Shown here piece by piece: positions 1 through 9,051 of a stretch of 33,176 bases of DNA. Positions within the stretch are counted from its first letter, which is position 1. Every line of letters starts with the position of its first letter. The notes under the pieces are model-generated. The model saw only the letters and a program-made list of their open reading frames with translations. It was not told where the DNA came from and ran no database searches. Source of the DNA: Gemmatimonadaceae bacterium (GTDB taxonomy: Bacteria; Gemmatimonadota; Gemmatimonadetes; Gemmatimonadales; Gemmatimonadaceae); NCBI GenBank assembly GCA_044224875.1, contig JBGAJQ010000060.1:1-33176 (forward strand), written 5' to 3'. The translations under genes were made by a program, and so were the position numbers.

Positions 1-1771
1 CCCCGGGGCGCAGGATTCGCTCGCTGCCAGGCGACGCATCGACAATGAACTCCGCGCCATCGCCGGACGTGCCGTTCGACGCATTGAGTATCGTAGGTGC
101 CTTGTCCCGTAGCTCTGAGCCGATCCCGCTCCCGAACTTGCGCACCACGATACGGAGGGGTCCTTCGATGACACGGACACCGCTGTTCTTGAGTCGCAGC
201 GAAAGCGTGAGCGTCCCGGTCGCGGCGTCAAACTGCGACGGGTCTGGGACGAAGGTGATGTCCGGTGTGACATCGACCAGCACCGCGGAGGCGACTGGTG
301 CAGCTGACGGAGCCGCGTCGATTCGCACGCGCGCCGTCCATACCTGGAACGTCCCCGAACGCGCGTCGGCCCACACCGGGTGAAACACCCCGTCGGCGTC
401 GGCCGTCAGGCCGGCGTAGTCTCCCCCGTTCCCCCAGCGTGCTGCCGCGGAGAGAAAACTCAGTCGCGTCGCGCCTGAATCGCTGGGCACGGTGAAAAAC
501 GACGGCGTGACGGTGAGGTTGCCGGCGCTGAATGGGCGGGACGTCGCAGTGCTTACGCGCTGAGACGGCAGAAAGGTCGTTCCGCCGTCGGAGGACGCCG
601 TGAAGTAGACGTTGTAGCCTGCCGCGGCAGTTTCGCCACGCGTGTCCTGCCACGAAATGCCAACGACGCCGTCCTTGTTCACCCGCACATTGGCGAGAAA
701 CTGTTGCGATTCGGGCGGAACGGATGCGTCCACCATGCGTGGTTCCGACCATGTGGTCCCACGATCATCGGACGTGCTGATCACTACTCTGAACTTCCCA
801 CCGGCAAAACGTGCATCCTGCCACACGCGATACACGCGATCTCGATGGAGCTCGCTGAGGTCTACCGCAACAGACGCGTCTCCGGCAAGCCGAATGGCGG
901 CATCTGAGTACGCGGGGAATACCTCGTCAGGCGCGGCGCGTGGCGCAGTGAACGTCAGGCCGCCGTCGTTAGAGAGTACCGAGAAGAAGTGACTGCGCCT
1001 AGGCCCGGGCGCTGTCCGATCGGCGCCTAACGGGAAATCGTGAAACGTCGCCAACAAGGCGCCATCCGAGAATACGGCCATCGGCAACACGTTGGCGCCC
1101 ATCTCCTTTCCCCCGGCGCGGTAGAATCGAACCGGTCCAGTGAAGGAGCGTCCGTCATCGTCCGAGCGGAAAAGGCCGAGATCGTACTCTCGTCCGTACA
1201 GCACGCTCAAATACACGCGCCCAGCGAAACGCCCCGTCGTCTGGTCCACGGCGAACATTTCGTGATCGTACGACGCGCCCAAGTCGGTGGGGCGGGACCA
1301 CGTTAGGCCCCCATCCTCGGAGCGGTACACGTGCAGGAAGGCGCGGGTACGTCCCGTCTCGTCCGGATGGATGTTTAGCGTGCCAAACAGGCCCGTCCCG
1401 CGAGGGGTAAAAGCCACCTGAGGGTCACCGCCGCCGTCCTGGCGCTGTTCCGGGAAAGCGATGTCCGTCCATGTCCGGCCACCGTCCGCGCTGGCGTACA
1501 CCTTTGTGGCGGGAGTCCCGTTAGGCCCGGTGTGTGTGATGCTGCCAGCGATCAGGTTTCGCGCCCGGCGTGGGTTCGCGGCGGCGTGGGTCTCCACATG
1601 CGGACTCTCACCATCGCGGCTTACCAAGAAGTCGGGCTCAATGACGATCCGGGATTGCGCGATGGCGTCAGCAGGCTGGAAGACCAACCCTCCGAGGACA
1701 AGCGCGATGCCGAGAGCACGCGCAGCAGTACGGGTCCGCATGAATCGGGTGGACGAGATGGTGAACTCCAT
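1..1771 (-). CDS. Secreted BNR/Asp-box repeat (sialidase-like beta-propeller) protein; 3' end runs off the window; missing from the ORF track
   Basis: Manual translation from ATG 1771 (alternative ATG 1741) stays open to position 1. Signal-peptide-like N-terminus (MRTRTAARALGIALVLGGLVFQPADA) and six Asp-boxes: SADGGRTW, SEDGGLTW, SDDDGRSF, SNDGGLTF, SDDRGTTW, SSDGGTTF. Also a GDYAGL motif near the end of the propeller. Confidence 0.85.
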   Translation of the reverse strand, partial: MEFTISSTRFMRTRTAARALGIALVLGGLVFQPADAIAQSRIVIEPDFLVSRDGESPHVETHAAANPRRARNLIAGSITHTGPNGTPATKVYASADGGRTWTDIAFPEQRQDGGGDPQVAFTPRGTGLFGTLNIHPDETGRTRAFLHVYRSEDGGLTWSRPTDLGASYDHEMFAVDQTTGRFAGRVYLSVLYGREYDLGLFRSDDDGRSFTGPVRFYRAGGKEMGANVLPMAVFSDGALLATFHDFPLGADRTAPGPRRSHFFSVLSNDGGLTFTAPRAAPDEVFPAYSDAAIRLAGDASVAVDLSELHRDRVYRVWQDARFAGGKFRVVISTSDDRGTTWSEPRMVDASVPPESQQFLANVRVNKDGVVGISWQDTRGETAAAGYNVYFTASSDGGTTFLPSQRVSTATSRPFSAGNLTVTPSFFTVPSDSGATRLSFLSAAARWGNGGDYAGLTADADGVFHPVWADARSGTFQVWTARVRIDAAPSAAPVASAVLVDVTPDITFVPDPSQFDAATGTLTLSLRLKNSGVRVIEGPLRIVVRKFGSGIGSELRDKAPTILNASNGTSGDGAEFIVDASPGSERILRPG

Positions 1772-1902
1772 GGCCGAGGCCAACCTCTGCCCTCACCGAT
1801 TTGATGCGTTGCGGAGGGCTCGAAAGTCCGGCGGCGCGTCGGAAGCGAGCCTCAATCATGCCGAGGCCGCGTTCTCACTGCTAGGCGGAAAGACGTGACC
1901 GC

Positions 1903-1939
1903 AAAAACTACGGGCCCCACCCGAAGGTGGAGCCCGCAG
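1903..1939 (-). terminator. Rho-independent terminator of the Ig-like lipoprotein gene
   Basis: Minus strand reads CTGCGGGCTCCACC-TTCG-GGTGGGGCCCGTAG-TTTTT: GC stem, cUUCGg tetraloop and U-tract, about 35 nt after the stop at 1973. Confidence 0.9.
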
Positions 1940-1972
1940 TCGCAAGCTAGAACCTCGCCCGCTACACCGTCA

Positions 1973-4921
1973 TCATGGAATGGTGTAGGTCTGGGTCGAG
2001 AGGCCGTCGCCAGCCGCGCTCATACCAACCGCGCGGATGACTTCGCCCGTGGCGAGCGCCGGTGCGATCGAACCGAGGGTGTAGGTCCAGAAGCGGTCCG
2101 TACCCTGATCGAAGATCGTAGGGTTCGTCGGAGCATTCGCCACGACGGTTCCGAGGTGCTGCCACGTGCCGTCCGCATTCTGGCGGAAGTACGCCACCTG
2201 CGGGAACGGCGGGTTCGTGATCGAAGTGGACGTCTTGGCGCGGGCCGCAGCCGACGAGCCAGCTGGCGTGCCTACGTTAAAGACATACCACTTGCCCACG
2301 CCGACTGTCGAGAACGGCGTGCCGGGCGTGGTGGTGCCAGGCAGGAGGGGAGCGGTGAACAGCCCTGACGAGTCAGGCGTCGTGCCGGCCAGAGGCGCGA
2401 CCAGATGCTTGATGTCGTAGAACTGAGCCGCAACACCTGTCGGAGCATACGTAAGTGAGACGTTGGCTGGCGGCGTCGAGTCATTCGCTGCGCAGTCTGG
2501 AAGTGCCACTGCGGAGCAGACGACGTCGATACCGTTCAAGAAGCCGTGCGGAACGGTGAAGCCACCCGCGCCGAACGCAGCGCCGTTACCCACCGGCGTG
2601 GCCAGCGTGGAGTTCCACGGCGCGTCGATCGCAGGATACGACGAGTAGCGGAGGGCACCGCCCGGCATGTTCGGATACGTCAGGTACAACGCACCGTTGT
2701 TGACTTCGAGATCATCCTGACCGTTCGGCACGAAGGCAACCTGGCTCGCACCAGCGAGGACGGCCGGGAAGTTGATACCGGTCACCTGCGGGGCAGCGAT
2801 GTCGATCGCAGCCTTCTTCGACACGGCGGCCGAGCTGTTGCCAGCGCGGTCGGTCGTGTAGGCCGAGTAGGTGTAGTAGCCCGGCGAGGTGGCGGAGAGG
2901 CCACCGGTCGTGCCGTACACCGGGAGCGTGTCGCGACGGAACGTCGGGTCGTCGTTGCCGACGGCCAGCGCCACGTCAACGTACGCGCAGGACACACCGC
3001 CTTCAGCGCACGTCGTGCCCGACGGGGCCAGACGCGTGATCTTGCGGTGATAGTAGTTGTTGTTCACGACGTCAAAGCCGGAGCGCGTGTCGCGGATACG
3101 GACGCCGAACAGCGCGTTCACCGACGTCAGCGGCTGGTTGTTGGCAACCAGGTCATTGAGCGTCGAGTCCTTCGTCGTGGAGACAACGTTCACGTTGCCC
3201 GCAGCGCCGGTCAGGGCGCCGATGTACTCAACCGTCGGAGCCGTAACGTCGACACCGAACGTGCTGGCGCCGCCCTGCAGAACCGTCGAGGCGTTGCCAA
3301 GGAGGTCGGCGACCGTAACGCGGGCGTCATACGCCGCGTTCGTGAAGTCGATCGCATCCTCTGGGATGCCGTGCGGCGTGGCCGGGAACACCGTCCAGGC
3401 GGTCGCCGGGAGATCCTGATACTCGTACTTGTCGGTCGAGGCAGCAGCGAGGCCGACGCCGGCATCACCACCGCGGCTCGTGATCGACGTCCAGTCAAAC
3501 GCTGCGTTGATCCAGTTGTTCGGCGCAGCGGCCATCGTCAGCGCAACGCCGGCAGGCGCAACGTTGTCGACCTGGATCGGAACGAGCGGGTTGTTCGCGA
3601 ACACGTACGTGCCACCCGGAACCGGGAGCGGGTTGCTGACGATCGGCGTCAAGACGCCGTTCGTGGCATCCGTGTACAGCCACGCCGTGACGATCGAGAG
3701 CTGGTTGCCAGCCTGGACGCCCGCGCAGCTGAAGTTGTTCGAGAACGGCAGCGAGGTGTCCGTCACAGCGCCGCAGGCGCCGAAGCCGAACGTCGCCTGG
3801 GCGGCGGACTTGCCGCTGTAGAAGACCGGATAAACCTGGAGGCCGACCGACGTGCCGGGGCCGCCATACCACAGCGTGCCATTCGGGCCAAGTGCGCCAC
3901 TCGCCGAGTTCGTCGGGTTGGTCACGGCCGCATGGAACGTGTCGTAGTTGTTGAGCGTGATCGTGATCGTGTTGGAGGCCGTCGGAGCGCTGGCCTCATG
4001 CACGTACAGATTCGCCTGCACACTGGTGTTGCCGTTCAGGAAGGTCGGAACGCCAACGCCGGTCGTGTTGTTCAGCGTGTACGCGCCCGAGTTGATCGAG
4101 AGCGTCACCGGAGCGTTCGGCGCGCCGTTGACCGTGAACACCTGCGACGCGGCCGGAACGCCACCGAGGCGGACCTGCACCGAGTCCAGCGTCTGGCTGC
4201 CTGAGCTGATGTTCATGGTGACTTCGAACTGACCGAACACGTTGTTCAACGTGACGGGGGCACCACCGGTGGTGATCGACGCGATCGAGACCGACGCGCT
4301 GGCGACGTTGATCGTCGTGGCGGCGGACAGCGAGTTCGTGTTGGTCGTGCCGGTCGTGGTGATAACCGCGGTACCATTGCCAACCGCGGTCACGAGGCCG
4401 GACGCATTCACCGTCGCGACGTTCGCGTTCGAGGTGGTGTAAGTGTACGTGACGGTCGGGTTGCCGACCTTGGTCGCGTTCGGAACGATCTGCACCGTGC
4501 CGCCGACGCCCAGGTTGGCGTTGGTCGGAGCGACGGTGAGGCCGATCAGGTTCGCCGACGGCGGAACGACCGTAACGGAACCAGCGCCCGAAGCACCAGT
4601 ATTGGCGGCAGACGTGGCGCGGATCGTCGTCGTACCAGCCGTGACACCCACCACGTCGCCGGTCGCGCTGACCGTGGCGATCGCAGTGTTCGCGGACGAC
4701 CACGTCACCGCCGTGTTGGTCACGGTGCCGTTGGTTTGCAGCGCGGCCGAAAAGACCACGTGCTCACCGATCTGGATGGTCACAGCCGCTGGCGACACCG
4801 TAACACCCGTAACCGTGGGCGTTGGCGCCGGAGTCGGCGGGGTGACCGTGACGTCGTCACCGCAAGCAGCGAGGCCTACGACCGCGCCGAGAGCGAGTAA
4901 CGACCGAGTCAATTTCTGCAT
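1973..4921 (-). CDS. Large Ig-like (Big_2-type) domain lipoprotein, candidate surface-layer protein
   Basis: 982 aa with lipobox LAAC. Two N-terminal Big_2-like repeats (VTWSSANTAIATVSATGDVVGV; YTTSNANVATVNASGLVTAV) and further Ig-like modules ending DNVAP/DVTAP/DIAAP. Thr/Ala/Gly/Val-rich. RBS GAAGGGGGAG. Confidence 0.85.
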   Translation of the reverse strand: MQKLTRSLLALGAVVGLAACGDDVTVTPPTPAPTPTVTGVTVSPAAVTIQIGEHVVFSAALQTNGTVTNTAVTWSSANTAIATVSATGDVVGVTAGTTTIRATSAANTGASGAGSVTVVPPSANLIGLTVAPTNANLGVGGTVQIVPNATKVGNPTVTYTYTTSNANVATVNASGLVTAVGNGTAVITTTGTTNTNSLSAATTINVASASVSIASITTGGAPVTLNNVFGQFEVTMNISSGSQTLDSVQVRLGGVPAASQVFTVNGAPNAPVTLSINSGAYTLNNTTGVGVPTFLNGNTSVQANLYVHEASAPTASNTITITLNNYDTFHAAVTNPTNSASGALGPNGTLWYGGPGTSVGLQVYPVFYSGKSAAQATFGFGACGAVTDTSLPFSNNFSCAGVQAGNQLSIVTAWLYTDATNGVLTPIVSNPLPVPGGTYVFANNPLVPIQVDNVAPAGVALTMAAAPNNWINAAFDWTSITSRGGDAGVGLAAASTDKYEYQDLPATAWTVFPATPHGIPEDAIDFTNAAYDARVTVADLLGNASTVLQGGASTFGVDVTAPTVEYIGALTGAAGNVNVVSTTKDSTLNDLVANNQPLTSVNALFGVRIRDTRSGFDVVNNNYYHRKITRLAPSGTTCAEGGVSCAYVDVALAVGNDDPTFRRDTLPVYGTTGGLSATSPGYYTYSAYTTDRAGNSSAAVSKKAAIDIAAPQVTGINFPAVLAGASQVAFVPNGQDDLEVNNGALYLTYPNMPGGALRYSSYPAIDAPWNSTLATPVGNGAAFGAGGFTVPHGFLNGIDVVCSAVALPDCAANDSTPPANVSLTYAPTGVAAQFYDIKHLVAPLAGTTPDSSGLFTAPLLPGTTTPGTPFSTVGVGKWYVFNVGTPAGSSAAARAKTSTSITNPPFPQVAYFRQNADGTWQHLGTVVANAPTNPTIFDQGTDRFWTYTLGSIAPALATGEVIRAVGMSAAGDGLSTQTYTIP

Positions 4922-5169
4922 TCTTTCTCCCCCTTCTGCAGAGTGAAATGGAACTACAAATCGAAAAACGATAACGACTTAGCCTACCAGCGAACTGCGT
5001 TTCCTTCCTTCGGCCGGCGCTTCCGACCAGCTCCGTCCTGACGACGAAAGCGCCGACAACGAACGCAATGCGGCCTTTGTCTCAGCACTGGAGACCCCGC
5101 CTCGTTCCATGTCGTCACTTTTCCCAAAAACATTGTCTGCGAACCACATACGCGATTCCGCAGCGCGAC

Positions 5170-5198
5170 AAACTACAGAACCCGCGTCATGCGGTCAA
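5170..5198 (-). promoter_or_regulatory. Sigma70-type promoter for the Ig-like lipoprotein gene
   Basis: TTGACC (5198-5193), 17-nt spacer, TAGTTT (5175-5170). Predicts a ~240-nt 5' UTR. Confidence 0.65.
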
Positions 5199-5208
5199 GC
5201 TGACCGCA
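5190..5208. promoter_or_regulatory. Perfect inverted repeat overlapping the -35 box (putative operator)
   Basis: TGCGGTCA-agc-TGACCGCA, 8-bp arms. Confidence 0.5.
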
Positions 5209-5506
5209 CCCCGCAGGTACCGCATCGGACTACGACACCGTTTCCAGCGCCGCGAATGTATTGACGCTCGGCAACCTGCGCCAGCAGCAATCCCCCTCGA
5301 AATGCAAGGGCCGACGCGATTGGACGAGTCAAATCGCGTAACGGCACGACCTCTGGCCCGCCTGCCCGGTGGAATTGCTGCGCGCCCACCCGTTTCCACG
5401 CGGTCCCCCCGCTCACGATGTCTTCCCTCTGTGGGATGACGCCATCGCTCATGTTGGGCGTCCCGAATCCGTGCCCCATCCCCCTCTCTGCGCCTATACT
5501 TCCGCC

Positions 5507-7618
5507 ATGGAGCGCGCCCCCGCCACCCAACCCGCCCGCGTGTACGACCGCTCCACGGACATTCCGCCACCGGAGCGCAACCTCCTTTCCGAGCTCAACC
5601 CGGAGCAGGCGGCCGCGGCCTCCTTTGGCGACGGGCCGCTCTTAATAGTTGCAGGGGCCGGGACAGGTAAAACCCGCACGCTCATCTACCGCGTCGCCCA
5701 CCTCCTGGAGCGCGGCGTCCCGCCTGAGCGCATCCTGCTGCTCACCTTCACCCGACGCGCTGCCCAGGAGATGCTCACACGCGCCGAGCGATTGGTGGGG
5801 AGCCAGAGCCGTCAGGTGCACGGTGGGACGTTCCACGCCACCGCCCATCGACTCCTGCGCCGCTTTGGCGCGGCCGCGGGCCTTGGCGCGGACTTCACGA
5901 TCATGGACCAGGGCGACGCCGAAGACTTATTGCAGCTGGCAAGAGCGCAGTTGGGGCTGGCGGCCGCGCGCCAGCGGCGATTCCCCAAGAAGGAAACCCT
6001 GCACTACCTGTACTCCCGGCACGTCAACACGGACATCTCGCTCCACGACCTGCTGGTGGACGAGCTCCCGCAGTTTATCGACGACTTGCCGGAAATCGAA
6101 CGCGTCTTCGCCGACTACACCCGGCGCAAGGCAGACCGCAACCTCGTCGACTATGACGACCTGTTGCTCTTCTGGGAAGCGCTGGTGAGTGAGCAATCCC
6201 CGCTCGCCGAAAAGCTCGCGGGCTTGTACCAACACATCCTGGTGGACGAGTACCAGGACACGAACTCGTTGCAGGCACGCATCCTCCGCGGCATGTGCCG
6301 CGTGCGGCAGAACTTGACCGTGGTCGGCGATGACGCGCAGAGCATCTATGCGTTCCGCGGCGCGTCGTTCCGGAACATCCTCGACTTTCCCTCGCAATTT
6401 CCCGGCACGACGATCATTGCGCTCGAGCAGAACTATCGCTCGGTGCAACCCATCCTGGACGTCACGAACACACTCATTTCCCGGGCCAGCGAGCGCTTCA
6501 CAAAGAACTTGTGGACGACGCGTGAGGACGGCGACCGCCCCTGGCTGGTGACGGTGCAGGATGAACAACAGCAGACGCGCTTTGTGGTCGAACGCATTCT
6601 CGAGCTACATGAGGAGGGGACCCCGCTGCGCGAGATGGCCGTGCTCTTTCGCGCCGGCTACATGTCAGCAGACCTCGAGATTGAGCTGACGAATCGCAAG
6701 ATCCCGTTCGAAAAGTGGGGAGGCCTCAAGTTCCTCGAGGCCGCACACGTGAAAGACGTCCTGGCGTTCCTGCGTATTCTCGAGAACCCGCGCGACGAGG
6801 TCAGTTGGTACCGGATCCTCCTGCTCCTCCCCGGCATCGGTGACGCCACCGCGCGATCGGCGATCGAGGCGATGGCGCAGCTGGCATGGCACTCCAGCGC
6901 TTTTGGGCGATTCAACCCACCTCCCCGCGCCAAGGCCGCGCATGCGGCGCTGGTCGCCCTCCTCGATCAGCTGCGACAGGGACCGGACGGGAGCGGCACC
7001 GTAAGTGCGGACATTGCCAGGGTGCGCCTGCTCTACGACGATGTGCTGCGCCAGAAGTACGACCGAGTGGACCCTCGTCTTTCGGACCTGGACCAGCTGC
7101 AGACCATCGCCGGCGGTTACCCCTCGCGCGGTGCCTTTCTCTCGGCGCTCGCGCTCGAACCGCCGCAAGGAACGCAGGACCTCTCTGGCGCCTCGGACGA
7201 CGAGCAGGATGCGTTGGTGCTGTCCACCGTGCATTCGGCCAAGGGCAAGGAGTGGGATAGTGTGTTCCTGATCTGGGCGGTGGATGGCTGGTTCCCGCTG
7301 GCGCGGTCGTTAGGCAACGAAGATGAGGTGGAAGAAGAACGCCGGCTCATGTATGTGGCCCTCACCCGTCCGAGGAACCGGCTCGTCGTGAGTTATCCCC
7401 TCAACTCGTACGCCACGCGACGCAGTGCGGATTACACGATCGACCAGCTGTCGCGATTCATCGACCGCGGGGTGCGCGACCTCATGGATCGCGTCGTCCC
7501 GAAGTACGAGGCGCCACCCACTGCGGAACACGCGCCGGAAGCCCTTGCGCAGGCGATCGACCTGCGGGCGATGATGCGTCTCAGGTTCAACCCACCGTCG
7601 GCCGAGTCGCAGCCCTAG
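5507..7618 (+). CDS. ATP-dependent DNA helicase, UvrD/Rep/PcrA family (SF1)
   Basis: Walker A AGAGTGKT, motifs TFTRRAA, TFH, LVDEYQD, VGDDAQSIYAFRGA, LEQNYRS, STVHSAKGKEW, EERRLMYVALTR. Start placed at ATG 5507 rather than the ORF-track 5369. Confidence 0.95.
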   Translation: MERAPATQPARVYDRSTDIPPPERNLLSELNPEQAAAASFGDGPLLIVAGAGTGKTRTLIYRVAHLLERGVPPERILLLTFTRRAAQEMLTRAERLVGSQSRQVHGGTFHATAHRLLRRFGAAAGLGADFTIMDQGDAEDLLQLARAQLGLAAARQRRFPKKETLHYLYSRHVNTDISLHDLLVDELPQFIDDLPEIERVFADYTRRKADRNLVDYDDLLLFWEALVSEQSPLAEKLAGLYQHILVDEYQDTNSLQARILRGMCRVRQNLTVVGDDAQSIYAFRGASFRNILDFPSQFPGTTIIALEQNYRSVQPILDVTNTLISRASERFTKNLWTTREDGDRPWLVTVQDEQQQTRFVVERILELHEEGTPLREMAVLFRAGYMSADLEIELTNRKIPFEKWGGLKFLEAAHVKDVLAFLRILENPRDEVSWYRILLLLPGIGDATARSAIEAMAQLAWHSSAFGRFNPPPRAKAAHAALVALLDQLRQGPDGSGTVSADIARVRLLYDDVLRQKYDRVDPRLSDLDQLQTIAGGYPSRGAFLSALALEPPQGTQDLSGASDDEQDALVLSTVHSAKGKEWDSVFLIWAVDGWFPLARSLGNEDEVEEERRLMYVALTRPRNRLVVSYPLNSYATRRSADYTIDQLSRFIDRGVRDLMDRVVPKYEAPPTAEHAPEALAQAIDLRAMMRLRFNPPSAESQP

Positions 7619-7662
7619 ACCGGCACAAACCAGCAGGATCGCTGGCGCGAGCCGAACGGCGA

Positions 7663-9035
7663 TCAGTCGTCTCGGCGATACCTGTACCACTGCTGGAATT
7701 TCCCCAGCACGCCAGGCAGCAGCACCTTCGCACGCTGCATGGAGCCACTCCACGTTTCGTACGCGGCCTCGAGACGCTTCGCGACATCTCGATGGCTGCG
7801 CTCGAGCGAGGTGTGCTCGGCGGGATCCTTGCTCAGGTCGAAGAGACGCGATCGGCCAAAGAGGCGGTCGGACACGAGCTTCCAGTTCCCTTCGCGCACG
7901 GCATACCTCGTCCCCATGCGCCAGAACAGGCGGTCGTGTGGGGCGGCACTTCCCTTCTGCCCAAGCAGGTACGGCACCAGGTCCACACCATCGAATGGCA
8001 CGTTGGCATCGGGCGGTGCCCCGGCGGCTGCAACCACGGTCGGCACCACATCCACTGACATGACCGGACGATCGTAGGTCGTACCGGGCGGCAACCGCGC
8101 CGGCCACCGGATGGCGAACGGGACGCGGATCCCCCCCTCGAACAACGTCGCCTTGGCGCCGGACAGGGGCGCGTTGCTGGCTGTGGTCCGATCGATCGGC
8201 CCGCCGTTGTCGCTGAGGAAGACCACGATCGTGTTGTTCGCCAGCTTCAACCGGTCGAGGGTCGCCAACACCTCGCCCACGGCATCGTCCAGCGAGGTGA
8301 CCATCGACGCGTACGTTCGCCGCTTGGCGGCGCGAATTCCTTGCACCCGCGCCATCGCCGCCGGGTCCTCCTGCATGGGAACATGCACGGCATTGAATGG
8401 CAGGTACAGGAAGAATGGCCGGGCGGCATTCCGTTCAATGAACGCGCTCGCCTCACGCGCCAAGGCGCGCGTGAGATAGGTCGTGTCGGTCACCGGCGAC
8501 TGCCCGCGCAGCACCGGCTCAGGCTGTGTTCAGAATCGATTCGCCTGTACCAATGTTCGCGGCCGAGGAATCCGAAGAACTCATCGAAACCGCGACTGGT
8601 CGGGCGCGAATCGGCACGCGTGCCCAGGTGCCATTTCCCGATCAACGCGGTCACGTACCCGTTGGCCTTGAGACGCTCGGCGAGCGTTGGAATCCCCCGC
8701 GGCAGCCCAAAGGTCGCCGAGTCATCGGCGAATTCTCCTGGATTGAAGTCGTGGCCAAATCGCTCCTGATAGCGCCCCGTGAGGAGACCCGCCCGCGAGG
8801 GGCTGCATAACGACGCGGACACGTAGCCATTCGTGAACTTCACGCCATCGCGAAACAGGCGATCGATAGACGGTGTGGCGATGTCCTGGCTCCCCTGTAC
8901 ACCGAGGTCCTGATAGCCCAAGTCATCCGCCAGCAGGATCACGACGTTTGGCGGCGAGGACGCGGGGGCCGGATGTGCAGCGCTGACCGTCACCTGCAAC
9001 AATGCGACGAGGGCGATGAAGGGGAACGTCGTCAT
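7663..9035 (-). pseudogene. Sulfatase (arylsulfatase A-like, Cys/FGly type), split by a frameshift near 8515-8550 (real or sequencing error)
   Basis: ORF 8490..9035 has a signal peptide, PNVVILLADDLG, CSPSRAGLLTGRY and GKWHLG. ORF 7663..8514 continues with PFFLYLPFNAVH, SDNGG and EGGIRVPF. The halves align end to end with the intact paralog at 10325..11749. Confidence 0.85.
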
Positions 9036-9051
9036 GGGAGGGACGTGGGAT

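Noticed and set aside
2546..4204. 552-aa plus-strand ORF and many other long antisense ORFs (e.g. 12269..13588, 21137..22243)
   Set aside because: Shadow ORFs from strong GC codon bias opposite real genes; Arg-rich with no motifs.
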